Assembly (NCBI GenBank): GCA_964470965.1
Contig: CAYYIS010000001.1
Span: forward strand, 11,990-75,989
Direction: 5' to 3'
Source: an uncultured Gemmatimonadota bacterium
GTDB taxonomy: Bacteria; JAAXHH01; JABIQT01
Length of the DNA stretch: 64,000 nt
This document shows positions 10,221 through 20,226 of this stretch, in pieces (within the stretch, counting starts at the first letter, position 1; each line of letters starts with the position of its first letter). The notes beneath the pieces were generated by a model. That model did no database searches. It saw only the letters and a program-made list of their open reading frames with translations, and was not told the origin of the DNA. The translations under genes and the position numbers were made by a program.

Positions 10221-11168
10221 ATGAACCGTAAGCCAACGTTTTCACGTCGGGAAATGTTGAAGATGGGTATGGCTGTCGGTGCGGGGCTAACACTCAAAGA
10301 TCTGCCCGCCTTCGCGCAGATGTCGCAGCCCGCCTCATTGATTCAACGCCCTATCCCATCCTCCAGTGAACGGCTTCCCATCGTGGGTATCGGCACGGCG
10401 CGCCGGTTCAACGTGGGGGCGTCCATGGATGAACGGTCTCCGTTAAAAGAGGTGCTGCAACGGCTTCCCGAACTGGGTGGTAAACTAGTGGATACAGCAC
10501 CGTCGTATGGCTCCGCCGAGCCGGTGGTAGGCGATCTGGTGGGTGAACTAGGCAATCGTGATCGGCTGTTCATGGCCACCAAGGTGCGAAAGCAGGAAAG
10601 AGATGCCGGGCTTGCGGAATTGAACCAGTCTTTCGTAAATCTGAAGACGGAAACGATCGATCTCCTCCAGGTGCACAACCTGGTCGGCATCGAACATATG
10701 CTGCCTATCCTCAGGGAATGGAAACAGGAAGGACGTATCAGGTACCTCGGCGTCAGCACATCCAGCGACCGCCAGTACCCCGCGTTCATAGAAATGATGA
10801 AAAAAGAAACGCTAGATTTCATCCAGGTGGATTATTCGATGGTCAACAGATCGGCAGCGGACCAGATCCTGCCGCTCGCTAAAGATCGTGGGATGGGTGT
10901 ACTCATCAACCTGCCCTACGCCCGGGGGCGGGTGTTCGAACGGGTCGGCGACCGGGCCCTGCCGGATTGGACGTCGGAGTTCGATGTGAACAGCTGGGGA
11001 CAGTTCTACCTGAAATACATCCTGTCCCATCCTTCCGTAACCTGTGTGATACCTGGCACCGCCAAGATCAAGTATCTGGCGGACAACCTGGGCGCCGCCC
11101 GCGGCCGTATGCCTGATGCCGCCATGCGGAAACGGATGGAACAGTTTTTTGACGGATTGCCATCGTGA
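10221..11168 (+). CDS. Aldo/keto reductase with twin-arginine (Tat) signal peptide
   Basis: N-terminal SRREMLK, hydrophobic stretch and AFA cleavage site; DTAPSYG, ATK, IDLLQVHN; RBS AAGGAG. Confidence 0.88.
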   Translation: MNRKPTFSRREMLKMGMAVGAGLTLKDLPAFAQMSQPASLIQRPIPSSSERLPIVGIGTARRFNVGASMDERSPLKEVLQRLPELGGKLVDTAPSYGSAEPVVGDLVGELGNRDRLFMATKVRKQERDAGLAELNQSFVNLKTETIDLLQVHNLVGIEHMLPILREWKQEGRIRYLGVSTSSDRQYPAFIEMMKKETLDFIQVDYSMVNRSAADQILPLAKDRGMGVLINLPYARGRVFERVGDRALPDWTSEFDVNSWGQFYLKYILSHPSVTCVIPGTAKIKYLADNLGAARGRMPDAAMRKRMEQFFDGLPS

Positions 11169-11214
11169 AAATGAAGATTCAAAATTGAGCATCACGCGAA
11201 CATAAATTCATGTC

Positions 11215-12558
11215 ATGACAGAAAACAATGTAAGGAGACCTGAGATACCGAAGCCGGAACCGTCGCAGGCCCATACCTTGGTTAAACGGCTGGTGAACGT
11301 GGAGCCGCTGGAGCTGCGGGCGCTGTTCTGGTCCTTCAGCTATTTCCTGTCTCTCCTGTGCGGTTACTATATCGTGCGTCCCATGCGGGATGAAATGGGG
11401 ATCGCCGCCGGCGTCGAAAACCTCCAGTGGCTGTTTACCGGTACCTTCGTGGTGATGCTGGCGGCGGTGCCTCTATTCGGCTGGGTGTCGTCGCGTTATG
11501 CACGCCAGAAGTTCATTCCCTATATTTATGGCTTCTTCATCAGCAATTTGCTGCTGTTCTTTGCGCTATTTACCTCCGACATCACCCACGCTTATGTGGC
11601 CCGCGCCTTTTTTATCTGGGCCAGTGTATTTAATCTGTTCATCATCTCCGTTTTCTGGAGTTTCATGGCAGATGTCTTCTCTAACGAGCAGGCCAAACGC
11701 CTGTTCGGCTTCATCGCCGCCGGGGGTACTGCCGGCGCCCTGATAGGCCCCGCCCTGACGACTGAGCTGGCCATCCCGCTTGGTCCCACTAATCTGCTGC
11801 TGCTATCGGCGTTCTTCCTTGGATGGGCCGTAGTGAGCGTCAAGCGTTTAATAGTTTGGCGGGGGGACGTGGGGATTAATCCGGATAAAAGGTCAGAAGC
11901 GCCGAGGCCCTCGGACACCTCTGGCATGGGTGGTGGTATCTTAGCAGGCATTTACCTGGTTCTGCGATCACCCTACCTGCTTGGCATCTGTCTCCTGATC
12001 CTCCTCCTGTCGACTCTGGCTACATTCCTGTATTTCCACCAGGCCCAGATCATTCGGGATAGCTTCTCCGATTCCGCAGAGCGCATCAGGGTGTTCGCAG
12101 CCCTAGATTTTGCTGTCAACGCTCTGACCCTCATTCTTCAGGTTTTTCTCACCGGACGTATCGTGAACAAGCTCGGAATTGGTTGGACTCTGGCCGTGGT
12201 GCCCCTGGGACTAGGTGTCGGCTTCCTGATTCTCGGCTTCGTGCCGGTAATGCCCGTGCTGATCGCTATCCAGATCCTACGGCGTGCCGGCAACTATTCC
12301 ATAATGCGTCCGGCCCGTGAGATGCTATACGTCGTCGTCGGAAAAGAGGAAAAATACAAGGCCAAGAATTTTATCGACACGGTCGTTTATCGCGGTGGTG
12401 ACGCCTTCAGCGCCTGGGTTTATGCCGGCCTTCAGGGCCTCGGTTTCTCGCTGGCCGGAATCGCCTTCATCGCCGTACCTCTGGCCGGTCTGTGGGCATG
12501 GACTTCACTCAGATTGGGACGCAAGCAGGAGTCCATGTCAGTGCCTATGAGCCGGTGA
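11215..12558 (+). CDS. NTT/AAA-family (ATP:ADP antiporter-like) MFS transporter
   Basis: YYIVRPMRDEMG, FWSFMADVF, KRLFG and KYKAKNFIDTVVYRGGD; many TM helices. Confidence 0.85.
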   Translation: MTENNVRRPEIPKPEPSQAHTLVKRLVNVEPLELRALFWSFSYFLSLLCGYYIVRPMRDEMGIAAGVENLQWLFTGTFVVMLAAVPLFGWVSSRYARQKFIPYIYGFFISNLLLFFALFTSDITHAYVARAFFIWASVFNLFIISVFWSFMADVFSNEQAKRLFGFIAAGGTAGALIGPALTTELAIPLGPTNLLLLSAFFLGWAVVSVKRLIVWRGDVGINPDKRSEAPRPSDTSGMGGGILAGIYLVLRSPYLLGICLLILLLSTLATFLYFHQAQIIRDSFSDSAERIRVFAALDFAVNALTLILQVFLTGRIVNKLGIGWTLAVVPLGLGVGFLILGFVPVMPVLIAIQILRRAGNYSIMRPAREMLYVVVGKEEKYKAKNFIDTVVYRGGDAFSAWVYAGLQGLGFSLAGIAFIAVPLAGLWAWTSLRLGRKQESMSVPMSR

Positions 12559-12888
12559 TGCGGTAGGGTCACGGCTACTTTAATCCGGATGTTAAGGGTG
12601 TGCTGGTCACTGGGTAGGCCGCCGCAGTCGAATACCCGCTGTCCCCTTGCCACCCTAGGCCAGCCGATTCAGGTGGCACCATCGTGCAGGTGATTCCATG
12701 AACGCCTGGGCAGTATCGTTCCATCTACCCGTGGCCCATTGCCGGTTAGGCCAAAGGGTCTAAAAAGGCCGCGGATTCTCTCGGCACCGATGAAGCGGAA
12801 TTCATCGTGTAACCTCGTAATTTGCGTGTCTCGCAACGGGGCACCCTATTTACAGAACAGAGAGATCTTATATCCGACGGACACTTCT

Positions 12889-15330
12889 ATGAATGCAGTT
12901 CTTCCTTCCGAAGCCCGTGTTGTCATCGTGGGCGGCGGTATCGTTGGATGCAGCGTTGCGTACCACCTGGCCCGGCTGGGTTGGCATGATGTGGTCCTGC
13001 TCGAACAGGGTGAACTCAGCGGCGGTACCACCTGGCACGCCGCTGGACTGATAGGGCGCCTGCGCACGTCCAACAGCCTGACCCGCATCAATAAATACAG
13101 TGCCGAGTTGTATGCGTCTCTGGAAGCGGAGACTGGCCTGTCCACGGGATGGAACCAGGTAGGCAGCCTGATCGTGGCACGGTCGGGAGAGCGTTTGACC
13201 CAGCTTCACCGCACGGCCGCAATGGCGGAACTGTTCGGTGTCCAGGCTCGAATTATCTCCGTGGACGAAGCAGTGGAGAAATGCCCCCTGATGGATCCCA
13301 GCGGCCTACGCGGCGGCGTCTGGCTGCCGCACGACGGCAAGGTGGTACCGAAGGACACCACGCTGGCCCTTGCGGCCGGCGCCCGACAGCGGGGTGCGAA
13401 AATCATCGAACGGATTCGCGTGGACTCCATAGAGACGGCCCGAGGCCGTGCGACCGGCGTCAGAACGCTGAACGGATCAATTCGGGCGGACTGTGTGGTC
13501 CTTTGCTGCGGTATGTGGACGCGGGAGTTGGGCCTGCGGTGCGGCGTGACCATCCCGCTGTATCCGGTAGAGCATCACTACATTGTAAGCGAGCCCATCG
13601 AAGGCGCCCATGATAACCTACCGGTGGGACGGGATCCTGACAACCAGATCTATTTCCGCTCGGAGGGTGATGCTATCATGCTCGGAGCGTTCCAGTTGTA
13701 CAGCAAACCCTGGATGGTAGATCGTATCCCGGATGATTTCTCGTTTCATCTGTTGGAGCCGGACTGGGACAGATATCAGCAGCCGCTGGAAGCGGGACAG
13801 CGCCTTCTTCCCGCGCTCAAGGATACCACCTTCCCAAAATTTGTCAATGGCCCGGAGAGCTTTACACCCGACAACAACTTCATCATGGGCGAAGCACCCG
13901 GTGTCAGCCGGCTGTTTGTGGCTGCCGGTTTTAATTCCGTCGGTATCGCGAGCGGCGGCGGGGCCGGGAAATACCTGGCGGAGTGGATCGATGGAGGCGA
14001 GGCGCCCATGGATCTCTGGTCCGTCGATATTCGCAGGTTCATGGATTGGCAGAACAACCCGAACTATCTGCGTAATCGGGTGACGGAAGTGCTGGGACTT
14101 CATTACCAGATGGCCTGGCCCAACAGAGAATTCGAAACCGCCCGCGGTATCCGACAGTCTCCACTTCACGAACGTCTGGCTGCACGGGGCGCTTGCTTCG
14201 GGAGCAAGTTGGGTTGGGAGCGCCCTAACTGGTTTGCCCCGAAGGGTGTCACACCTGAAATAGTCTACTCATTCGGTAAACAGAACTGGTTCGACCATGT
14301 GGGCGCCGAGGTGCGGGCGACAAGGGATAACGTGGCACTGTTCGATCAGTCCTCGTTCGCCAAATATCTGCTTCGCGGGGAGGATGCGCTTCAGGTATTG
14401 CAGCGGGTGTGCGGCAATAATATTGACGTGTCGGAGGGCCAGGTCGTATACACCGGGATGTTCAATGAACGAGGCACGTTCGAGAGTGATCTTACCGTGG
14501 TACGTCTTGCTGAGCAGAATTTCTACCTGATCACCAGCACCGCTCAGGCCATTAGGGATTTCGTCTGGATTTCCCAACATATAAACGATGGTGAACAGGC
14601 GGATCTGACAGACGTGACTACCACATACAGCGTGCTGGGTGTGATGGGCCCCCAGGCCCCCGCGCTTCTTGGTGCTGTATGCGACGTGGATTTTTCGCAA
14701 ATTGCCTTCCCGTTCGGTACCTCACAGGAAGTCGCAATTGGTCCGATTACTGTCGGCGCTGTCCGTATCACTTATGTGGGAGAATGCGGATGGGAGCTGC
14801 ACATTCCCGCAGAACAGGCAGGATTCGTTTACGATACTCTTATGGAGGCAGGCAGGGCGTTTGGTCTGGCCAATGCGGGCCACTACGCTATCAACTGTAT
14901 GCGTTTGGAAAAAGCATATCGGGCCTGGGGAGCCGACATCTCGCCTGACGATACACCGCTTGAAGCCGGCCTGAGCTTTGCGATCGACTGGAGCAAGAAC
15001 TTCATCGGGCGCGATGCGCTTGTCGAACTTAGGCAGGCCTTTCTGACCAAACGACTGGCCAATTTCGTACTACAGGACCCTGATGCTGTTCTGTGGGGCA
15101 ACGAGCCCATTTTGCGCGACGGGGACCCGGTCGGGTACACCACCTCCGGCGCTTACGGATACACCCTTGGCGCCGCCGTGGGTATGGGATTCATAAAACA
15201 TGTGGACGGAGTAGACTCCGCCTTTATCCGAAACGGTCGATACGAGATCGAATCCAACGGCCGACTTATCCCGGCTACTATATCCCTTCGGTCTCCCTAC
15301 GATCCTGATCGAAAGCGGATTTTAACTTGA
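12889..15330 (+). CDS. GcvT-family FAD-dependent oxidoreductase (dimethylglycine/sarcosine dehydrogenase-like)
   Basis: GGGIVG FAD motif, GTTWHAAG, NGPESFTPD, GWERPNWF and a C-terminal GcvT folate-binding domain. ATG at 12889 is preferred over 12739. Confidence 0.92.
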   Translation: MNAVLPSEARVVIVGGGIVGCSVAYHLARLGWHDVVLLEQGELSGGTTWHAAGLIGRLRTSNSLTRINKYSAELYASLEAETGLSTGWNQVGSLIVARSGERLTQLHRTAAMAELFGVQARIISVDEAVEKCPLMDPSGLRGGVWLPHDGKVVPKDTTLALAAGARQRGAKIIERIRVDSIETARGRATGVRTLNGSIRADCVVLCCGMWTRELGLRCGVTIPLYPVEHHYIVSEPIEGAHDNLPVGRDPDNQIYFRSEGDAIMLGAFQLYSKPWMVDRIPDDFSFHLLEPDWDRYQQPLEAGQRLLPALKDTTFPKFVNGPESFTPDNNFIMGEAPGVSRLFVAAGFNSVGIASGGGAGKYLAEWIDGGEAPMDLWSVDIRRFMDWQNNPNYLRNRVTEVLGLHYQMAWPNREFETARGIRQSPLHERLAARGACFGSKLGWERPNWFAPKGVTPEIVYSFGKQNWFDHVGAEVRATRDNVALFDQSSFAKYLLRGEDALQVLQRVCGNNIDVSEGQVVYTGMFNERGTFESDLTVVRLAEQNFYLITSTAQAIRDFVWISQHINDGEQADLTDVTTTYSVLGVMGPQAPALLGAVCDVDFSQIAFPFGTSQEVAIGPITVGAVRITYVGECGWELHIPAEQAGFVYDTLMEAGRAFGLANAGHYAINCMRLEKAYRAWGADISPDDTPLEAGLSFAIDWSKNFIGRDALVELRQAFLTKRLANFVLQDPDAVLWGNEPILRDGDPVGYTTSGAYGYTLGAAVGMGFIKHVDGVDSAFIRNGRYEIESNGRLIPATISLRSPYDPDRKRILT

Positions 15331-15406
15331 TGGCTGTGGTCGCCGGATTTATTTTAACGGTTGATAACACCCTCGGACCACCTCACTGAAGGCAAGAACC
15401 CAAATA

Positions 15407-16444
15407 ATGCCACCACCATCAGAGACCGCTATGCCTGTGCCCGTACACCAGGCCGAAAATATCCTTGATGCTATCGAATATGCCTATCAGCAAGGCTGGA
15501 CGGACGGCCTGCCGATCATTCCTCCGACCGAATCCCGTGTGTCCGGGATGCTTGCTATGTGGGACCGTGCGCCTGACGAAACCGTGGGGCGAGTGGTCGA
15601 GCGCCACCGGGTGATCACAGTACAGCAGATAGCTGCCAATACGGTGATGGCAGGGTGTGAGGATGAAATGTTCCCGGTGGTTCTGGCAGCGGTAAAGGCC
15701 ATCCTGGACGATCGTTTCAACATCGTCGGCCCCTCCGCCAGTACGGGAGGGGCCGCCCCCCTGGTACTGGTCCATGGACCGGTCATAGAGCGGCTCGGAT
15801 TCAATCCGGATACCGCTGTTCTTGGCGCCGGGAATCGGGCGAATCTTACCGTGGGGCGGGCACTGAATTTAGTCATACGAAATGCGGTCGGCAGTATTCC
15901 CGGCGACCTGGACCAGGCGACCACAGGGCATCCCGGACGGATTGCCTTCTGCTTGCCGGAAGGTGAAACCGGCGGATGGCCGGCGCTAGGCACGGAACTG
16001 GGCGTCGCAGATGGCGTCAGCGCCGTGACCGTATTCGCGGCTGAAGCGCCTCATTCCATCGCGGAACATGCCAGCGAGGATCCGGAGCGTCTCCTCAGTG
16101 CCTTCGCCCGTGTTGCCCGGGCGACCAACTATTCCGGGGCAGTCGTTGTGGTAGTCATCTGCCCCGAACATAGGGCGGTGTTTCAGAGGGCAGGGTGGTC
16201 CGTAGGTGATATTCGAAGCGCATTGTTTGAAGCCACAAAAACAATTGGTGACGAATTAAAGCACACCGGTCGTCATATCGGTACGAAGACGACGGATGAA
16301 GTCACCCTCGTTCCATCCGTCGAAAATATTTGGGTCGTCTGCGCCGGCGGGCGCGCCGGTGGTCATTCCGCCATCATTCCTCCCTGGCTCGGATCGGGAC
16401 GAGGAAAGGGTTCTAGGCCGGTCACCGTAAATATAAAGGATTAA
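15407..16444 (+). CDS. Conserved hypothetical protein, partner of UGSC-family (seleno)proteins
   Basis: GWTDGLPIIPPT, ANTVMAGC, GNRANLTVGRAL and CPEH motifs; 2 nt upstream of the UGSC gene. Confidence 0.75.
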   Translation: MPPPSETAMPVPVHQAENILDAIEYAYQQGWTDGLPIIPPTESRVSGMLAMWDRAPDETVGRVVERHRVITVQQIAANTVMAGCEDEMFPVVLAAVKAILDDRFNIVGPSASTGGAAPLVLVHGPVIERLGFNPDTAVLGAGNRANLTVGRALNLVIRNAVGSIPGDLDQATTGHPGRIAFCLPEGETGGWPALGTELGVADGVSAVTVFAAEAPHSIAEHASEDPERLLSAFARVARATNYSGAVVVVVICPEHRAVFQRAGWSVGDIRSALFEATKTIGDELKHTGRHIGTKTTDEVTLVPSVENIWVVCAGGRAGGHSAIIPPWLGSGRGKGSRPVTVNIKD

Positions 16445-16446
16445 AT

Positions 16447-16986
16447 ATGCCCGTAACGCTCGTCGATCCTGCTACATCGCCCGTGCCCTATCGGCATTCC
16501 ATAGCACATCGTCAACCGATAACCTCTGCACCGGTGATCGGAATTGTAGGTAACGGCAAAACCAATGCGGAAGTGTTGCTCTGTGGTGTGGCGGACCGGC
16601 TTGAGAAGCGGTTCGGCATTACAGCGGAGCGCGAGATCGTCAAGAAACCCCACGCCAGCAGAGTGATGCCGACCGAACTGGTCGATCTCATAGTCCGACG
16701 CTGCCATTTTGCCCTGGTGGGCGTCGGTGACTGAGGCTCGTGCAGCGCGTGCAGTATGCACGATGCCTTAACGCTGGAAGACCGGGACATCCCCTGCGCT
16801 CTCATCTGTACCGACACATTCGTTCATACTGCCGATATCATGGCCGAAAACCTGGGCGCAAGGGGTTATCCCTACGCCGTGGTAGAACACCCAATCGGCC
16901 GTCTGGAAGCGGATCGTCTTACCGATCGCATCGAGCAGGCTGTGTCCGATTGTTTGAAGTTGTTGAAGGAAGATATCAGGATATAA
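16447..16986 (+). CDS. UGSC-family selenoprotein (Sec at TGA 16732-16734), 179 aa
   Basis: ORFs 16447-16734 and 16756-16986 share a frame. Readthrough gives VGVGD-U-GSCSACSMHDALTLEDRDIP, the UGSC motif; NGKTNA and HPI motifs also present. Confidence 0.88.
16735..16767 (+). promoter_or_regulatory. Putative bacterial SECIS hairpin
   Basis: CGTGCA(16748-53)-GTA-TGCACG(16757-62) stem after a 13-nt spacer 3' of the UGA. An alternative register pairs TCGTGCA/TGCACGA and GGC/GCC. Confidence 0.6.
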
Positions 16987-17680
16987 ATCCATGTACCACC
17001 TGGCTGCACCGGTCCGGCTACATCTCATCGTTTGTCTTCGGAAGGTGGTCGAAGGTTCCGGCGGCTTCTATTCTATCGGTATCCAGAACTACGGTTTGAA
17101 CGGCCCGCCGCAAAGCGGGCCCCCTATGGGAGAAGGCTGACCACTCGCTTGGTTCCCGCGTCCCATGGCTGTACGGGTTGTCCAATACCATCAGGAGCCG
17201 GGGAGGAGATGAATATCCGTGACTCCGCCAATCGTTGGAGCTATACCCGATTTATTGACGCCGTGAGAGCCATGTTTTAATCCCGTTTTCCAGTTCTTTC
17301 ACGTCCTCTTTCCGGACTGTACTACCAACGGTGCCTTTCAGGCTCGTCCGGGCATCCGGCACTCCCATCATGATGTGTTAGGAACCTCTCACTGAACAGC
17401 CTCAGAAATTGGGGCGCAAACACACCCCCCAACGCCTTAAATTTCTTATTGGGCCATCCGATCACACATCCCTGTGTAGTGCCCTGCGGTCCCCGCTGTA
17501 TGTCTTGGTGCTTCAGACGTTAGATGCGGACTGCCAGAGACATCCGGTGCTTACGATCACGGCGGAACCGTCACACGCAAAAGAGGAAAATGCAACTTGA
17601 CTCCTGCCCAATCAGAAGAAGATTGGCAGCGAAAACATGAACCGATGGCTAAAGCGTGATTCGCGGACTCTAAAATGTAA

Positions 17681-19234
17681 TTACAGAGAACGTTTCCATC
17701 GTTTGCTTACTATGGCCACCAGCACAATACCGATAACGCCCAGACTGGCGATGAGTGCCCTTGCTGCCCACAGGAACGGTACGTCCGCGGGGTTGGCTGT
17801 GCGTAGTAGGATCAGATCCATACCCGCCTGGTAAACCCAGATGCTCAGCAGAACTATCAGCAGGCTTGGGGTTATGTATTTTATGATGTAGTAGAAAATG
17901 CGTGGGATATAGATGGCAGCACCTTCCGTAATCTCCTTCCACGCATTGTCCATCCCAAAGATCCAAGCGTAGATAAGCACTTCCAGAAGGGAGAACACCA
18001 CCAATCCCACCGTGCCGACCCAGAAGTCGAATTCGGCTACCACACCGTGGACGTAGTAAAACAGAACGAAGTTGCCTCCAAGGAACAGAACCGTACCCAC
18101 TGTGAGGGCTGACTTAATGCGTGTCCATCCCATTTCGTCCTGAAAGAAGGCCATGGTAGTCTGTGTGAGGGCCACGGTGGAGGTTATGCCCGCGAAGAAC
18201 AGTAGTCCGAACCAGAGCATCCCGAATAATTGGCCGAGGGGTAGGCTCTGGAAGATCAGGGGCATGGATGCGAAGCCAAGGTCATAGGGTCCACCGCCTG
18301 CTATGGCCTGGGTGGTTGTGATACCGAAAAACGCTACGGCCACCGGAATAGCGATCGAGCTACCCAGTACCACCTCGGCGAAGCCGTTGCTCATGGAGGT
18401 GGTCAGTCCGGTGAGTGCCACATCTTCTTTGGCTCTCAGGTAGCTGGCATAAGTCTGCATGCTGCCGATACCAATCCCCAGTGAAAAGAAGATCTGGCCT
18501 GCCGCCGCAAGCCAGACGCTGCCGTTCGTCAGTTGTGTGAGATCCGGGTTCCATATAAATGCGAATCCGGACATTACGCTGCGGTCCGGCATGGAAGGAT
18601 CCGGAGTACCCAGGGTGAACACGCGTACGACCAGTACCAGTGCAAAGATGAACAGCAACGGCATAGCGTATTTGGCAAGCGTTTCGATGCCACGTACCAC
18701 GCCGCGAGCCAGAACCCAGGTCACGATAAACAGATTGATTAGGAAAAAGACATATGCAGTGCCGATACCGCTGAAAAACTGACTTGTGGTGGTCCCCTGA
18801 AAGCTACTGAGAAACAGCACCATGTCATCTTGAGATGAGATGCCGAAGTAACTGCCGGTCAAGGAAAAGTAACTGTAGGCCAGGGTCCAGGACTGAATAT
18901 AAGAATAATACACCGCAAAGGCCGCTGGAATGGCGATGCCGAGCACCCCGATGTATTTCGCGACCGGATGATTCCACAGGTGGAAGAATATGCCCGGCGT
19001 GGTGCCATGGCCTTTCTTGCCTCCGAACCTTCCCACGCTCCACTCCACCCACATCATGGGAATACCCAGGAGCAGGAAGGCGATGAAATAGGGGATCATA
19101 AAAGCGCCCCCCCCGTTTGTAGCCGCCTGTACCGGAAACCTCAGGAAATTACCGAGCCCGACGGCATTACCGGCCATCGCGAATATCAATCCGATCCGGG
19201 ATTTCCAAACCTCACGTTCGAGCTCTTCGGACAT
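17681..19234 (-). CDS. Sodium-dependent transporter, NSS/SNF family
   Basis: AGNAVGLGNFLRFP, GGGAFMIPY and AAGQIFFSL. GGAGG precedes ATG 19234. Confidence 0.93.
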   Translation of the reverse strand: MSEELEREVWKSRIGLIFAMAGNAVGLGNFLRFPVQAATNGGGAFMIPYFIAFLLLGIPMMWVEWSVGRFGGKKGHGTTPGIFFHLWNHPVAKYIGVLGIAIPAAFAVYYSYIQSWTLAYSYFSLTGSYFGISSQDDMVLFLSSFQGTTTSQFFSGIGTAYVFFLINLFIVTWVLARGVVRGIETLAKYAMPLLFIFALVLVVRVFTLGTPDPSMPDRSVMSGFAFIWNPDLTQLTNGSVWLAAAGQIFFSLGIGIGSMQTYASYLRAKEDVALTGLTTSMSNGFAEVVLGSSIAIPVAVAFFGITTTQAIAGGGPYDLGFASMPLIFQSLPLGQLFGMLWFGLLFFAGITSTVALTQTTMAFFQDEMGWTRIKSALTVGTVLFLGGNFVLFYYVHGVVAEFDFWVGTVGLVVFSLLEVLIYAWIFGMDNAWKEITEGAAIYIPRIFYYIIKYITPSLLIVLLSIWVYQAGMDLILLRTANPADVPFLWAARALIASLGVIGIVLVAIVSKRWKRSL

Positions 19235-19254
19235 AGATCCTCCAGTATAGCTTA

Positions 19255-20205
19255 CTAATGGTCTTGTTTTTGATGCGAGTAATCCGGCTGTAAGGTGCAG
19301 TACAGGTCTCCGGGCAGGCACTTCGGACACTCGGATTGGAGCGTCGTATGCCGAATGCCGTATTTGCCTTTCAACAGCTGGTTCAAGTCGTCCAGAACCC
19401 GGGCGCCTTCGAGCAGTCTTTGGTTCTCCAGTACCACATGGGCTGTGAGCATAGGGATTCCGGACGCGATGGTCCAGACATGCAGGTCGTGTACCCCGTG
19501 GACGCCCGGCACCGAATGCATATCGGAGATCAGGGTATCCATATCAATTTGAATCGGTGTGCCCTCCATCAGGATGTTGATTGTTTCCTTGAGAATACCC
19601 CATGAACTCCATATGATAAATACACCGATGAGGAGGCTGACCAGCGGGTCTGCCTCCGTCCAGCCAGCCAGAAAGACGACTACTCCGGCGATGACAACTC
19701 CGACCGAAAAAAGCGCGTCGCCAATCATGTGGATCACTGCGCTGCGAACATTCACGTCTTTGGAACCACCGTGTCCGAGCCAGAATGCGATGATCAAGTT
19801 GACGACAGCGGCCACTCCCGCCACAACGATCATGGCATCACCACGTGCCGGTTCGGGATTGGCTAGTCGGTGAATTCCCTCATAAAAAATGGCCAGAGCA
19901 ATGAGAATCAGCGTCGTTGCGTTAACCAATGCTGCCAAGATGCTGGCCCTATGAAATCCGAACGTATGGCCATGGCTCGATGCGCGCTGACTCATCCGCA
20001 GTGCATACCACGAGATACCGAGTGCGGCGCCGTCCGCCAGATTATGCCCCGCGTCCGATAACAGTGCCAGGCTGTTGAACCAGAAACCTGCCAGCGCTTC
20101 GCCGGCCACAAAAATAATCGTCAGAATGATACACCACTGAAACCGGACGATTATTTTTTCTGTATCTACCGGGTTATGGTCCTGAAGGTGGTTGTGCGTA
20201 TGCAT
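19255..20205 (-). CDS. Cation diffusion facilitator (CzcD/ZitB-like Zn/Co efflux)
   Basis: SLALLSDAGHNLAD, HMIGD, VHDLHVW and HTTLQ; His-rich N-terminus. Confidence 0.93.
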   Translation of the reverse strand: MHTHNHLQDHNPVDTEKIIVRFQWCIILTIIFVAGEALAGFWFNSLALLSDAGHNLADGAALGISWYALRMSQRASSHGHTFGFHRASILAALVNATTLILIALAIFYEGIHRLANPEPARGDAMIVVAGVAAVVNLIIAFWLGHGGSKDVNVRSAVIHMIGDALFSVGVVIAGVVVFLAGWTEADPLVSLLIGVFIIWSSWGILKETINILMEGTPIQIDMDTLISDMHSVPGVHGVHDLHVWTIASGIPMLTAHVVLENQRLLEGARVLDDLNQLLKGKYGIRHTTLQSECPKCLPGDLYCTLQPDYSHQKQDH

Positions 20206-20226
20206 CAGTTACGTCGCCATATTACT

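Noticed and set aside
9968-10231. 87-aa Lys/Glu-rich ORF
   Set aside because: TTG start without an RBS and no recognisable family. It could be a gene fragment but is unsupported.
12560-12888. Glycine riboswitch upstream of the GcvT-like gene
   Set aside because: The GGAGA...CCGAAG...CTCTCAGG core is not found.
17040-17150. Possible tRNA-Sec (starts GGAAGGTGGTCG, near the selenoprotein gene)
   Set aside because: No TCA anticodon loop, TTCGA T-loop or CCA end. Only a GGCCCGC/GCGGGCC hairpin without a U-tract is present.
17300-17510. Riboswitch, SRP or 6S-like fragments (GCGGTCCCCGCTGT; minus-strand CAGTCCGGAAAG)
   Set aside because: Only short partial matches; the other conserved elements are absent, and the region lies between convergent genes.
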